From positions 40,920,001 to 40,984,000 of the forward strand of contig OZ286477.1 of the NCBI GenBank assembly GCA_965644265.1: a stretch of 64,000 bases of DNA, written 5' to 3'. This stretch comes from Glycera tridactyla (taxonomy: Eukaryota). Shown here in pieces: positions 13,552-28,136 of the stretch (position 1 is the first letter of the stretch; every line of letters begins with the position of its first letter). The notes beneath the pieces were generated by a model. That model was not told the DNA's origin. It made no database searches and saw nothing but the letters and a program-made list of their open reading frames with translations. A program made the position numbers and the translations under genes.

Positions 13552-16500
13552 AGTGTAATATGCAAGGCTAATTTCTTGGAATGATACCTGGATGTTGGTG
13601 AATGATGGTTGATGTTCGATCTATTTGGGTTGAAGGCAGGTGTTTTGTAGGGGTGGACAAGTGAGTGTCTGCGTATGTGGGGGGAAGGTACAAAAGAAAT
13701 CCATCAGCATAGTATAGGTTGTATGATCCATCCATCCCAGAGAGACACACTTACTCTCATAAATTAGGGTCAGGTATATGATGATAGCGCTCAATATGAG
13801 ATGGAAGTTAGGGATGGAATGAGACAAGAGTATGCATGAATGGCTAACCACATATATACACAATTAATACATTTAACTTTTATATTACTAATCCCACCAT
13901 TCCCACCCTTATCAGGAATAAGACCTAATGTCAGCAGTTATAATACATCCTGACACTAGACATGAGAAGCAGTGATTTTCATCATCTTACGATCAAGCCG
14001 TGCAGATAAGAGCAATGGAACAAGTGTAAAACATTCTATTTCAATACTCGAGATGCTTTCAATACTGTTTATGAAACGGAATTTGAGGCTGTCTTGTGGC
14101 AGCAGCTATTCATGACGTTCATACAAGCAAACATTCAACTTGATTGACTTACCATCTCCGTAAAGAGGCCAATAGTCCACAAGCGCCAGTTATCATCCGA
14201 TCGAGGGTGTAGCATGCTGGTAATCGCCGTCCAGCGTGGTGGTTCCCAACCGGGTGGTAATCTAAAATCGAACCACATGGGTGCGAGCCTAGTCACGTGA
14301 CAAGATCCCGCAACACTGATTCGCCATAGAACAATCGAGGTCAAGGTTCAGCTGGAAGCAACGCGCTTGCGATAGCGCCATTCTTGGCGGGATTTTCAAA
14401 CTTAAAAGGCTTTCAAATGTTGAATTTAGCTTGTCATACAGAAAGATCGGATGCTGGATTAAGAATTCTCCGAGTGTCTGGTGCGGGCAGAAATTACCAG
14501 CCGATTGGCGTGTCCCGGGGCAGGCACGAGTGGCCTGCACGGGGCACTCGGGGCATTCTTAATGAATACCTGTCGGCAAAGGTCACATCTATCTTACCAT
14601 AGGTGGTCCTGTAAGACATGTGTGTACGATTCTTCCAAATGACAGCGGTTTAATCTATTGAGATGATAGATCGGAGCTTCTCATCATGGACACACTTATC
14701 TGTCGAGGGATCTGAGGGAGACGGGAACACTTCACCCCACTTCATTCCAGGTATTTTTTCTTGGCATACACTGACTAAGTGGAGATAGTACTCTCGATGA
14801 GTGTACACACAAAAAACTATCGGATGCTGTGCGTAACTGGCAGAGCCCACGAGTCCTGGTGGCGGAATCATCCAGATGCTTTTCCAATGAGAGAGTGTGT
14901 CAGTTTTCAGGCATGACAGCATCACAGGGAACATTGAATGTATCTTCATTACTGAAAATGCAGGTGTCAGAAGTATATCTTATCGAGCAATATTTCCAAT
15001 AAGCGCCTTGGGGCTATCGTCACTCAAGAGGATTGTGAGTTATACAAAAATTCAAAATTCTGAATGCTTTATTGCATTCAACAAAAGTACTGGCACATAG
15101 ACAAAGCAGAAAATGTAACACATACTACATACTACGCCTACGTATATGATACGAGTCAATCATCATGTTTGCCCATAGAGAGGCATATAAACAGAGCAAG
15201 CAAATATTTATAACATATATACAGTGAGGCAGGTAAATGTGGGAGGGCAAGATTCAATATAGCCTGATTAGGTGCAGCCCCCTTTTTTGGCCGGGGCTAT
15301 CTCTGAAGGCTGATTTCCATACAAATGTACCAAGAAATACTGATAAAGTAGGGCGGCTGAGCCATTGATGTCCATGATCTATCTATACAATCAATTCAAA
15401 TTTTTCATTCAATGGATAGACCAATTTCGGCACGAATGCAAGGCAGGTGACACACAATCATATATGAATTTTCTCAGGCTAGTTGATTCGTGCCTAACTG
15501 TGGTTATTCTCATCTCCCTGTAGGGTAGACAATACTGAAGGAATCACATGAAATGCAGGTATGCCAACAGTACTAATACGTTGCCATTATTTCCCAACCA
15601 GTCAATCACACAATAGAACTAGCAATCTATATCAAACATTGTACTCAGGGTTTCTCTGTATTTTGCCTTCAGGTGAGCTCATCATTGTGTCTCATGCTTG
15701 TGCACTGCATAAAACTTTGCATATTTCATTCCTCCTCCCAACACATGTAAGTACATATTTCTTTCTCCTACCATGCAGGAACATTTCACCCTTCATCTTC
15801 GCTCCTCCTTGGCAGATGGTCTGATTTAGCCCAATCAAGTGCAGAACGTGGACCTAAAACCTCAACATTTCATCTCATTTTCTCCCCTCTCCCCCGCATA
15901 GCCTGGGTTAACATACTGGTTGTGAAAAGACACATTTGAATATCACCCAGCATGGTTGATATCACGGGGACAGGTCCTGTCGAAGTGAGATGCATTATTC
16001 TGCATCGGGGTGGGTGGATGTGGTCATGGTGAGGGATGCAATGTCAAGGAGTTCAAAATAAACATATGATCAGTGGCAGCGGCCATGATGGACGGTCTCT
16101 CTGAAACCTGATCAGTTTAACAGCACCCTGGTTGGAATGCCAATGCACAATGCTCATCACTCGAGTGATCTACTTCTAGCTTGGTCCATAGGCCATACAC
16201 TAACACCTGTCACTGCCGCCCCCACACCTTACACTGCTGATATCATCATACTATCCCTGCATACATCCCCTTCCCTGCTTCCGCTACAATCCCCGATCTT
16301 GAACCTGCTCTACCGATATGTCGAAAATACTATTGGTTTATCATTCAGTTTCAGCTGACAGTTAGCTTATTATTCAATCGTCCACCTGTCTGCTAGCCTA
16401 TCGGTGTGTTTGAGTGTGTTTTCATGTTTTTATGTCTGTCTATCCATTGTACAGCCACTCAGATGATGGGTCTCGGTAGGAGTAGACTGAACCAACTCCT

Positions 16501-17203
16501 CGAGCTTGCTGACTGTGATACATATCTCTCTCGCTGGAGGCAGACCATAGTTGGCTATCGGCTTTAATATCGCCCAGAACCACATAAGCCTTCGAAGTGT
16601 ATATGTATCTATGTCGAGCAGACTGTGAGTGAGAAAATAGAGAGAGAGAAAGGGAGAGGGAGAGAGAGAGAGATAGAGAGGGAGTGCGAGAGAGAGAGGA
16701 TTGGAGGTTATGTGTGAGGTGGACGAGCCAGGGAAAGTGAGAAATAAAGAATGAGGGCAAAGGAGAAATAATGGGATGAGAATAGAGAGGGAAAGAGAAT
16801 GAGAAAAGCTAGCATGGAGAGACATGTCATGGAGAGAGATAGAGGGGAGGAGAGAAAGTGAGAGAAGTTCAGTAAAGTAAGTCATAATTTGGCCTCATGA
16901 TAAACACTCGTGCATTAAACTATGTGGGATACAGGTCATCGTCAACAAGTCTGAGGTTTTCCGCTGTAATGGCCAGACATGATGCTTGGGAACCTTACAC
17001 GACCGAATGCTATATTAAGAATGTCAATATGTATGATGAACAGTGTGGAGTTCTCTGGGATATATGACATGCAATACCTTTTGAGAATCGTGACTCCTGA
17101 AAGTTAAAGATACATTCATCATATCACTAGATAAGGCACGATAGTCAGCATCGTGCGGTATCCATGCCCCATAAACACTCAATTACATTGTCTGTATGTA
17201 TGC

Positions 17204-17350
17204 NNNNNNNNNNNNNNNNNNNNNNNNNNNNNNNNNNNNNNNNNNNNNNNNNNNNNNNNNNNNNNNNNNNNNNNNNNNNNNNNNNNNNNNNNNNNNNNNN
17301 NNNNNNNNNNNNNNNNNNNNNNNNNNNNNNNNNNNNNNNNNNNNNNNNNN
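17204..17350. other. Assembly gap over the TCTG/GA microsatellite of unit 4
   Basis: N run. Confidence 0.99.
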
Positions 17351-20300
17351 GGCTAATTTCTTGGAATGATACCTGGATGTTGGTGAATGATGGTTGATGT
17401 TCGATCTATTTGGGTTGAAGGCAGGTGTTTTGTAGGGGTGGACAAGTGAGTGTCTGCGTATGTGGGGGGAAGGTACAAAAGAAATCCATCAGCATAGTAT
17501 AGGTTGTATGATCCATCCATCCCAGAGAGACACACTTACTCTCATAAATTAGGGTCAGGTATATGATGATAGCGCTCAATATGAGATGGAAGTTAGGGAT
17601 GGAATGAGACAAGAGTACGCATGAATGGCTAACCACATATATACACAATTAATACATTTAACTTTTATATTACTAATCCCACCATTCCCACCCTTATCAG
17701 GAATAAGACCTAATGTCAGCAGTTATAATACATCCTGACACTAGACATGAGAAGCAGTGATTTTCATCATCTTACGATCAAGCCGTGCAGATAAGAGCAA
17801 TGGAACAAGTGTAAAACATTCTATTTCAATACTCGAGATGCTTTCAATAGTGTTTATGAAACGGAATTTGAGGCTGTCTTGTGGCAGCAGCTATTCATGA
17901 CGTTCATACAAGCAAACATTCAACTTGATTGACTAACCATCTCCGTAAAGAGGCCAATAGTCCACAAGCGCCAGTTATCATCCGATCGAGGGTGTAGCAT
18001 GCTGGTAATCGCCGTCCAGCGTGGTGGTTCCCAACCGGGTGGTAATCTAAAATCGAACCACATGGGTGCGAGCCTAGTCACGTGACAAGATCCCGCAACA
18101 CTGATTCGCCATAGAACAATCGAGGTCAAGGTTCAGCTGGAAGCAACGCGCTTGCGATAGCGCCATTCTTGGCGGGATTTTCAAACTTAAAAGGCTTTCA
18201 AATGTTGAATTTAGCTTGTCATACAGAAAGATCGGATGCTGGATTAAGAATTCTCCGAGTGTCTGGTGCGGGCAGAAATTACCAGCCGATTGGCGTGTCC
18301 CGGGGCAGGCACGAGTGGCCTGCACGGGGCACTCGGGGCATTCTTAATGAATACCTGTCGGCAAAGGTCACATCTATCTTACCATAGGTGGTCCTGTAAG
18401 ACATGTGTGTACGATTCTTCCAAATGACAGCGGTTTAATCTATTGAGATGATAGATTGGAGCTTCTCATCATGGACACACTTATCTGTCGAGGGATCTGA
18501 GGGAGACGGGAACACTTCACCCCACTTCATTCCAGGTATTTTTTCTTGGCATACACTGACTAAGTGGAGATAGTACTCTCGATGAGTGTACACACAAAAA
18601 ACTATCGGATGCTGTGCGTAACTGGCAGAGCCCACGAGTCCTGGTGGCGGAATCATCCAGATGCTTTTCCAATGAGAGAGTGTGTCAGTTTTCAGGCATG
18701 ACAGCATCACAGGGAACATTGAATGTATCTTCATTACTGAAAATGCAGGTGTCAGAAGTATATCTTATCGAGCAATATTTCCAATAAGCGCCTTGGGGCT
18801 ATCGTCACTCAAGAGGATTGTGAGTTATACAAAAATTCAAAATTCTGAATGCTTTATTGCATTCAACAAAAGTACTGGCACATAGACAAAGCAGAAAATG
18901 TAACACATACTACATACTACGCCTACGTATATGATACGAGTCAATCATCATGTTTGCCCATAGAGAGGCATATAAACAGAGCAAGCAAATATTTATAACA
19001 TATATAAAGTGAGGCAGGTAAATGTGGGAGGGCAAGATTCAATATAGCCTGATTAGGTGCAGCCCCCTTTTTTGGCCGGGGCTATCTCTGAAGGCTGATT
19101 TCCATACAAATGTACCAAGAAATACTGATAAAGTAGGGCGGCTGAGCCATTGATGTCCATGATCTATCTATACAATCAATTCAAATTTTTCATTCAATGG
19201 ATAGACCAATTTCGGCACGAATGCAAGGCAGGTGACACACAATCATATATGAATTTTCTCAGGCTAGTTGATTCGTGCCTAACTGTGGTTATTCTCATCT
19301 CCCTGTAGGGTAGACAATACTGAAGGAATCACATGAAATGCAGGTATGCCAACAGTACTAATACGTTGCCATTATTTCCCAACCAGTCAATCACACAATA
19401 GAACTAGCAATCTATATCAAACATTGTACTCAGGGTTTCTCTGTATTTTGCCTTCAGGTGAGCTCATCATTGTGTCTCATGCTTGTGCACTGCATAAAAC
19501 TTTGCATATTTCATTCCTCCTCCCAACACATGTAAGTACATATTTCTTTCTCCTACCATGCAGGAACATTTCACCCTTCATCTTCGCTCCTCCTTGGCAG
19601 ATGGTCTGATTTAGCCCAATCAAGTGCAGAACGTGGACCTAAAACCTCAACATTTCATCTCATTTTCTCCCCTCTCCCCCGCATAGCCTGGGTTAACATA
19701 CTGGTTGTGAAAAGACACATTTGAATATCACCCAGCATGGTTGGTATCACGGGGACAGGTCCTGTCGAAGTGAGATGCATTATTATGCATCGGGGTGGGT
19801 GGATGTGGTCATGGTGAGGGATGCAATGTCAAGGAGTTCAAAATAAACATATGATCAGTGGCAGCGGCCATGATGGACGGTCTCTCTGAAACCTGATGCA
19901 GTTTAACAGCACCCTGGTTGGAATGCCAATGCACAATGCTCATCACTCGAGTGATCTACTTCTAGCTTGGTCCATAGGCCATACACTAACACCTGTCACT
20001 GCCGCCCCCACACCTTACACTGCTGATATCATCATACTATCCCTGCATACATCCCCTTCCCTGCTTCCGCTACAATCCCCGATCTTGAACCTGCTATACC
20101 GATATGTCGAAAATACTATTGGTTTATCATTCAGTTTCAGCTGACAGTTAGCTTATTATTCAATCGTCCACCTGTCTGCTAGCCTATCGGTGTGTTTGAG
20201 TGTGTTTTCATGTTTTTATGTCTGTCTATCCATTGTACAGCCACTCAGTCTGTCATTTAGAGTCCGATGGCTTTAAAAATATTTATTTTGTAAGTTGTAT

Positions 20301-20830
20301 CAGTCGGTCAGTTGACAAGTCAACCTATCAGTCTGTCTGGTACCCTATCTGTTGTCATCTGTGCATCTGCCTGTCGGCCTTCTCTGGCTGCCTATCTGTC
20401 TCTCTGTCTGCCTGTCCGTCTGTGTGCAGAACTATAGTGATTGAAAAACTATTGACATTGATTCTTTCATTCTCATGCGATTATACCTAAATCATGAAAG
20501 AGGTCATCACTCAATACATTGCGCATTGATCTGAGATATGAGCTACAATTTCCTTTCCCGAATGAGCTCCCATCATGTGTGCAGTCAGAGAAAGGAGATA
20601 GTCATGTGAGATGGGTAGTCAATCAAGAAGTGGATAGGTCAAACCAGATTGCAGTAATTCGATCAGTCGTTGCCCAGTTCGGCGAGGCCGAAAATCACAT
20701 GACTAATTGGATCCCGTTGCCATGGTGATGATTGTGGAATGTTTCGGAGAATACCAGCTGTATTGCAAGCCAGTAGGAGTTAGAGTAGGAGAATATGCCA
20801 ATATAATAGGTAAAAATGATGAGGATGGTG

Positions 20831-21067
20831 NNNNNNNNNNNNNNNNNNNNNNNNNNNNNNNNNNNNNNNNNNNNNNNNNNNNNNNNNNNNNNNNNNNNNN
20901 NNNNNNNNNNNNNNNNNNNNNNNNNNNNNNNNNNNNNNNNNNNNNNNNNNNNNNNNNNNNNNNNNNNNNNNNNNNNNNNNNNNNNNNNNNNNNNNNNNNN
21001 NNNNNNNNNNNNNNNNNNNNNNNNNNNNNNNNNNNNNNNNNNNNNNNNNNNNNNNNNNNNNNNNNNN
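20831..21067. other. Assembly gap
   Basis: N run, at the position homologous to the gap at 48556-48745. Confidence 0.99.
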
Positions 21068-23464
21068 ATTCTCCTCAAGACAGCCATCCTGCTCAAGACC
21101 TGTGTTGATGATGGAGGTGGTAGTAATGGCCCTAAAGTAGACCAGGGAGTCACGTTGTACTCGCATATTACTCCGTAGAAGATTCTATTCGGTGTTAAGA
21201 TAAACAAGTAAATGACTTCTTTCATTACTGAAGTTTGCATATGTGACATAATCACAATTTGGAAACAGGAGAAAACAATCTCACTGCACTTAAACACACG
21301 GCCATCCATCTACAAACATTCTAGCCAACACATACACATTTCTGTGTTATGGACTGAAGTCAGAGAGTTGAGAGGAATACTATCCATCTCAATGATGATG
21401 GAATTTTTTTTGGATGTGATATGAAATGATCAAATTCTTGTCTCATGACTCAAGACTGTGTACATGCGGACGGATACTTGCTAGTCAAATTTTTTTTACT
21501 TCAGATTTCTGTCCAACCAAGATTCATTGGTCTGAAATATAGTGATAGTGTCACTGTTTTTGATAACCCTGAGGTCATTTCACCTCGGTACTTCAGAGCA
21601 GCTCATGCCACACCTTAGAGTCCGTACATCATGGGCATGATTCAGAGGCTTGAGGAAAATGCTGCATCCCTCCCCAGTGGAGGACTCCACATTTTAGATA
21701 TGATATGAAATGACGAATTTTGATTCCAGACCATCTACACGTGGCCCGGCTTAGTACAATCAGAATGTGTTTTCTTCGCATCCTGATTCAATCTAGATTC
21801 ATTGCTTTGAACTCTCGAAATCCTGTACCTGCGGAGTTTAGAACGCCATTTGGGACTCTACCCATCATAATCATTCTGAGTGATCCATAATTCATTTAGT
21901 GATCTCCATAAATCGAATTATGGAGAACACTAAATAGTGAATAAAATCTCTGATGGCGTTCCAGAGCGGACCACTGTGTGAAACACTGTTGAATCCGTGC
22001 TTGGGAGAGATAATCAATGATGAACGCAGGTTATCAAAGCGGACAAAAATGGCATTTGCATATAAGGCGACGCCAGCACAATGGATGGTACTCCTTCCAG
22101 GATACAAACTACCCGATTGATGTTGGTTAGTTCGGATGTAGACATAGATGCTTGCATGTCAATAACACTGAGTACTTGGCCTGCGATGTCGTATCCCTGG
22201 GAAGTCACACCCCGTACCAATAAAGCTGAATACTGAGTGAAGAGTGTAGTAATCCTGACATCCTATTTCTGCACCATTTCACCCAATCCTCTTCACTTGT
22301 ACACCTCCGCATCATGTATTGGTCTGATGGATGGAAGCATTCACTGATGACATGAAGTATTCATTACCCACGTGGGAGTACAATAAATAAGCCTGAGTAG
22401 CCAAGACATTCCTCGCGTTCCCCAGGACTGATTCAACCACTCATGCCTAAGATGTGGATGTACGAGATAATAACATGAGCCCGGAAGTATGATGTTTTGG
22501 AAAACATAATAGTCTCAAAATTTCTATTTTAGGTAGATACGAAGCTCATATTATATGGAAGCATGTCCTTCTGATCATTCAGGATATCACAATGATATGA
22601 AGTCATGATCTGATTGATCCTACTCCCTATATTCAGAGTGATCTAATTGCAGGGATTCACTGTAAGGTCATGATCCATTGCTGAAATGCTAGTTACGGGG
22701 TCACTCAATTACATCATAGTCCATCGCCAATGGATATACTCTGTGTGTCATGTTGTGTGACATCTACTTTCCGTGATTATTACGACACGATTCATTCCTT
22801 CAGGACTCACCCGAGTCGGTTTTGATGTAAAATGTAGGATCTAAACATTACAACTCGGGGATTTGCTAAAGATGCTCCGTTGGAAACGTCCTCACTGTAG
22901 GAAGGTCGCATCCATTCAAAATTATATCTTTGCTGAGTGGTCTATCAATCTATATATTCCTTGCTGATGATTCTACCCAATGTGCCCCGTGCTGTGATAT
23001 CTCCATTCGACTAGATACTAGGTCCCACTATCACCTCATGGCCGAATAATAGATACACATGACATATACGTTAGGTCAAAATAATCTTTGAAATACATGG
23101 TTCATCGAAATGAGCTGCCAAGATAGTACCTCTAGTACCCAGATGACTCATTCAACTAAGATGCACATTATTGATCAATGAAGCGCCTTGGTACTGGGGA
23201 CCAGAAATAGTCTCAGACTGTCTCCTACCCTCACTTTCAGGCCTGTGTCTTGTGAATGGTGAGAGTGACGAAGTAGAACCCTTGACGAGCATAACGGCCA
23301 ATACTGAACACATATGTGAGGTTACAAATTGTGGCATGCAGTGGTCAGGACTCATTTACCTGTACTCTACTATGGAAAATATGGTTTACATACCACCGTT
23401 GTAAGAGCACAATTGATAGAAATACAGAATCACGAATTGAAATGGAAAATGTTGAAGTTTGGTC

Positions 23465-23610
23465 AATGAAATGTCGATGATAGTGATAATGATTATGATA
23501 ATAATTGGAGTAGAAGTGATCATACTAACGATAATTATCATACCATTCGAAACAACAGCATCGAATACAACAGCAACAAGAACCACAACAACAAAAGCAA
23601 TGATGATATA
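23465..23610. repeat. Degenerate (GAT)/(AAC) trinucleotide tract (homologs at 4600-4760 and, inverted, 46245-46370)
   Basis: Visible repeats. Confidence 0.75.
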
Positions 23611-26600
23611 TTTGTGTCTCACAAAAATACATATGATATTTGAATTGAGCGTGAGTCGATGAGCTTTGCAAAATGTTCACGGGATAAGGAGTGCAAGTCA
23701 GGCTGCTATACATATCTGTGCTGGCTTCTGTCAGGGAAGGCAAATGAAGGCTCTTATTGGAGGTGATTGAACCCCCTTAAGAGCAGGCATGATCAATCAG
23801 TTAACGGCCTAGGAGAGTCCCACCTGTGGGGAGGTGGCGCATTAGGTGTAAGTGAATCAAATATTGACGCATGGCTAGGTGTTGGGTAACAGAATCCTGG
23901 TAGAAAGCTGGTGCTGGGCCACCAGATCAATACGAATACTCCAGGTGAATGTGGCTACCCGTAAGTTCCTAATCTTAATTATGGATAGTGTACCATCTGG
24001 AGATGAATGTGTTTCTAACAAAAGTAGACTTAACCAACTCCCCAAGCTGCTGATCGAGATACATATGAATGAAGACCATCCTCGGCTATTGGCCTCACTT
24101 TATATCACCATGATTCACCGATATTTTTCAAAATAACAATCATCTATGTCAAGCAAACAAAAAGCAAAGAGAGAGGAAGGAATAGAAATTGGGGAATGGG
24201 AGGGATTGAGGAGGGGAGGGTGGAGTGGCAAACAGAGTATGGAGAGCAAGTACTGAAAGAAGTCACATGGGAGGACAGAGGAAGGGAGATGAGTGAGTTA
24301 AGAAGAGAAAAAGAGAGACTAAGAGAATGAGCAATGAAATAAAAAAGGGACGATAGATGTAATGAGAGATATATGGACTGCTTGAAATAACATGTGTAAA
24401 TACTTGTTATGGCTGTTTGAAGTGCTTGATCTTCTGGATATAACATTATTAGACATATCATGACACTTACACACATAATCAATAGGTACTCAAATATAAA
24501 TAGAAGTTTGCTGTAGAGTCATTTCTCTGCCTGTGAAATCTAGGCAAGTCGATCATTCCCCTGACTCAACTAGATCAAATATACATGATGTGAGAGTAGT
24601 TCAATGAATTTTAGTTGGGATATGGCCTGGTAATGACACTACCCATCGAGATTGCAGGAGGATGTTTTGTCAGGTTGGACAAGTGAGTGTGTGCATTTGT
24701 AGAAGCAGGTACAGGAGAAATCCATCAGTGTAGTTCAGGTTGTATAATTCATGCGGCACTGAGACACGCACAAACACACTCTCATAAATCAGAATTCTGT
24801 ATTTTGATGAAGGAGCTCTGGATGGAGGACTGTTAGTCTGACAAATCGACCCTCGTCCCACAGAGTATGTCCAGGTTGAAATACATCACCATGTCTCACT
24901 CCATGTGCTCTTGTCTCTCCCATAGAAAGCTCTGTCTCTCTAAAAGAGATACAGTAGCAGAGCTCTCTTCCATTGGGCATGATTGAGTGTCACACATCAG
25001 TCATATTGGGGAAAGTGACTTATCAACAAATCTTGCTATGTCACTGCTTTGTTCGAAAGCTGACCAGAAATAATTGGAGCATGTCCAGAGAGTTGTACAG
25101 CAGGTTCCCACGAGTATTGAGGTACATCCTTGCTATTTTCTGCATGAAGGCTGTTGATGCCTAGTTTGTGGATAGACCAATCGATACCTCATTGTTTTTG
25201 CTACTCACAGCTGATTATCAGGGTGGTTAGCCATTTCAATTCATACTCCGCATCCCGCATACCTCACTACCCAGGGCATAACTTCATTTAGACAGAGTGA
25301 AGAGTACAGAGAGTGGTTCTGCCTACCAATCTTCATTTTTAGCCCCAGAATTCTTTGATCAGTGCAGTACCATACCAGCATGCTTTCATTCAGCTAGATA
25401 TATAATATACATGGGGTCTGACCTTCATAGTCAATTATAGTTTGGAAGACACGAGTATAGCAGGAGCTCAGCAGAAAAGTCAGTGAGAGTACATCACAAG
25501 CCTCAGTAATCCACCATCTGTCAATAATAGAATTGCAGCGTATCTAACCAGGGCATAGTCTGGAAAGACACACAATGTGTGTACATTGAGATGTCAGATC
25601 AAATGGCGATTTATATAAGACACTCAGGGATGATAAAAGAGAGAATGAAGGCATGGCGGATTACTTGGATTCTTGAGGATTACTTGAGAGCCAAGTGACG
25701 TAAATTGCATGACATACATCTTAGTGACCAATCTGTTTTGCTGCTGGACTCAGCAAGCCAATTACCCAGAAAGTGGTCCCAAGGGAAAATCCTCAATTGG
25801 GCATGGCAGATTGATGAAGAATCATCGACAGAAATTGGCATTCCATGCATACTGGTGTCATTGTAGAACATCAGTTCGATTCGAAGATATCAGTTCGATT
25901 GCTTGATGAATTTCAGTTGAAATATATGTCCAGACCAACAGCAACACAAATATGTCCCTGATAGTTCTATGAACTGAGAATTGATATCATATGTGCAGCA
26001 AGATAGGGGCAGTCACTCTTGTTCCAAACTGAAAAATATTGTTTACGGATCTGTGCAGGATTGCTATTCCGATGTTTAATTGAGAATTTATGTAACATGT
26101 GGAGCAAGACAGGTGCAGTCACCCTTCTTCTGAACTGACGGATATTGTTCACCAATGTGTGCAAGTGCTGATGCTTGGATAGTTCACAAAGGTTTTTAGT
26201 TTGCATAATTTGATACCAAATCTCCATTATTACTCTGAGACACCGGAAACAGCAGTGTGACATTACAAGTGATGAGGCTGAGATGTGTGAAGAAGGATGG
26301 TGTCAGATTGATGGGGATGTAGACGACCTCCGGCAGAGTAATCAAGTGGCCATCTGAGATTCATCTATGTAATCTGACAGGTTACTTGCCAGATGGTATT
26401 TTCGGCTCTCCACAGCAAAAATGGGATGAATACAAAATGGAGAATTGAGTATGTGTGTACTCAACATATTTCAGGAATAGTGGAGGGATGGTACTGAATG
26501 TATGAAAGTGTTTAGTGTGTCGGATGGCATCACTAGTTTAGATTATTGTATGAATCTTCATCCATGGAAGCTGCTGACAAACATGTCATGTTGAACGCGT

Positions 26601-28010
26601 CAGTGTACAGGAAGTACAGAACATGATGAATGTGGGAAACATACATATGGAAGGTGATTAAGATGAACTACATCGAAACTATATAAAACATGAAGAAAGA
26701 CAATATGCACAGCAACAAGTATTCTGACTCTCATTATTTTGGACATGTATAGAATTCCGACATAAACTATTTATATATGTATATATGTACATCTATGTAA
26801 ATCTACTGATAATCAAAGAAACATTAGTGGGTAGTGTCATACTAGATCTGTGATGAACTGAAAATCCTGGAGATTACCTTCGACCAAGAACCAATGAATG
26901 AATCACTGAAAAATAGATGCATAAATGAATAAACTATTCAAACAAATTTAGACAATAGCAATGCCAGCAAAGAAATGTACTCAAAGGGTCTTTGTATTCT
27001 TTCAGGTGAGGTCATCTCATCACTTCCCATTCTGGACCATGTTTGGTGTTCAACTTTGCCTATGTCGTACCACCTTCGCCCACACGTGAGTACACACACA
27101 TACACGCATATATACACATACACACTCAAAATATATGCATAATCATCATCTCCTGGACTCACAGCCTTGTCGAAGTGAGACGCTCAGCTAGCATCTAGCA
27201 TGAAACAAGTTGATTTGGTTGTTTTGTGATCACTCAGTATCCAGATCAGGACGTTCAGCTCGAAATGAAGAATAAGAATAGATATCTCCGACCTCTGCAT
27301 TTTCACTCATGTTCAGCATTGATCCATACATCACACAATGGCCATTCATCACCATTGTCTTCTTGCACCTGTCCAATTACCAGCAATCATCATTCATACT
27401 GGGAAAAAGATATGATGATTTTTCAATTCATGTATTTCTATAAGAGATCGTACAAACGATTTGATGCAGCTGGCCCTGCAGCCTTGCCAATTCAGTGATG
27501 TGCTCCCCTTCAGCTGAGCAGATATGTCAATCGAGAACTTTCAAACAGTCATTTCCACTTTTTTGTGACCTCGATTTTTCGCATTTTTCGACCAGGGAAA
27601 TTGATCTAGAAACATGACACCTATGTTGGCAATGATGTAAGTCACTCCAAATACAGCCGCTTCCCATGTAGAACGCAATCGAATATCCTCATGTTTGGAC
27701 AGGATCCCGACACTGGCCATGTTGTTCACAGTTTGAAGTCGCGCAATGACGCTGCTCAACGTCACAATCGGTGGTCACATGTAGGACGGCGGCAAAATTC
27801 TCTGCTAGATACGACTCTTCGGTTAACGAGTCTCTGTATGATTCGTTTGTTTATTCGCTGTAGACCTACGAACTGTAGCGAAATGTATGGCGCCCCTTTT
27901 TTGACTGTGAAGAATGGGTCCTACTCTAGTTGTCATTGATAGGACTGCAGAAAACGAGAGCCACAAAACAGGGAATTTATTGTATATTGAGGGATGAACC
28001 TAGTCAGAGA

Positions 28011-28136
28011 TGATATACAAGAAGTTATCCTACATTATCATGCATTCTGAGCTGATATACAAGGAGTAATTCTACATTATCATGCATTCTGAGCTGATAT
28101 ACAAGGAGTTATCCTACGTTATCATGCATTCTGAGC
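28011..28136 (+). repeat. Minisatellite, 3 x 42 bp
   Basis: tgatatacaagragtwatyctacrttatcatgcattctgagc repeated three times. Confidence 0.95.

Larger units (their letters stand above)
5193..20248 (+). repeat. Tandem array of four near-identical ~3.74-3.79 kb units (5195-8934, 8935-12703, 12704-16462, 16463-20248)
   Basis: The ORF track repeats at offsets of 3769, 3759 and 3785. Junction ccactcAGatgatgggtctcgg occurs at 8933, 12702 and 16461; array ends at ccactcAG|tctgtc (20248). Confidence 0.97.
20250..27200 (-). pseudogene. Cassette copy A, the longest copy of the decayed gene-like unit
   Basis: Long non-repetitive blocks homologous to copies I, III, B and C, with many stops and frameshifts. 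Strand is inferred from stop distribution in two blocks only. Confidence 0.4.

Noticed and set aside
25330-25440. SFLAPEFF...SDLHS looks like kinase subdomains VIII-IX
   Set aside because: APE is not conserved in copies B and C (LASC, LASG), and no HRD, DFG or VAIK motifs were found.
28011-28136. Possible CRISPR-like array
   Set aside because: Units are contiguous with no spacers, and the context is eukaryotic with no cas genes.
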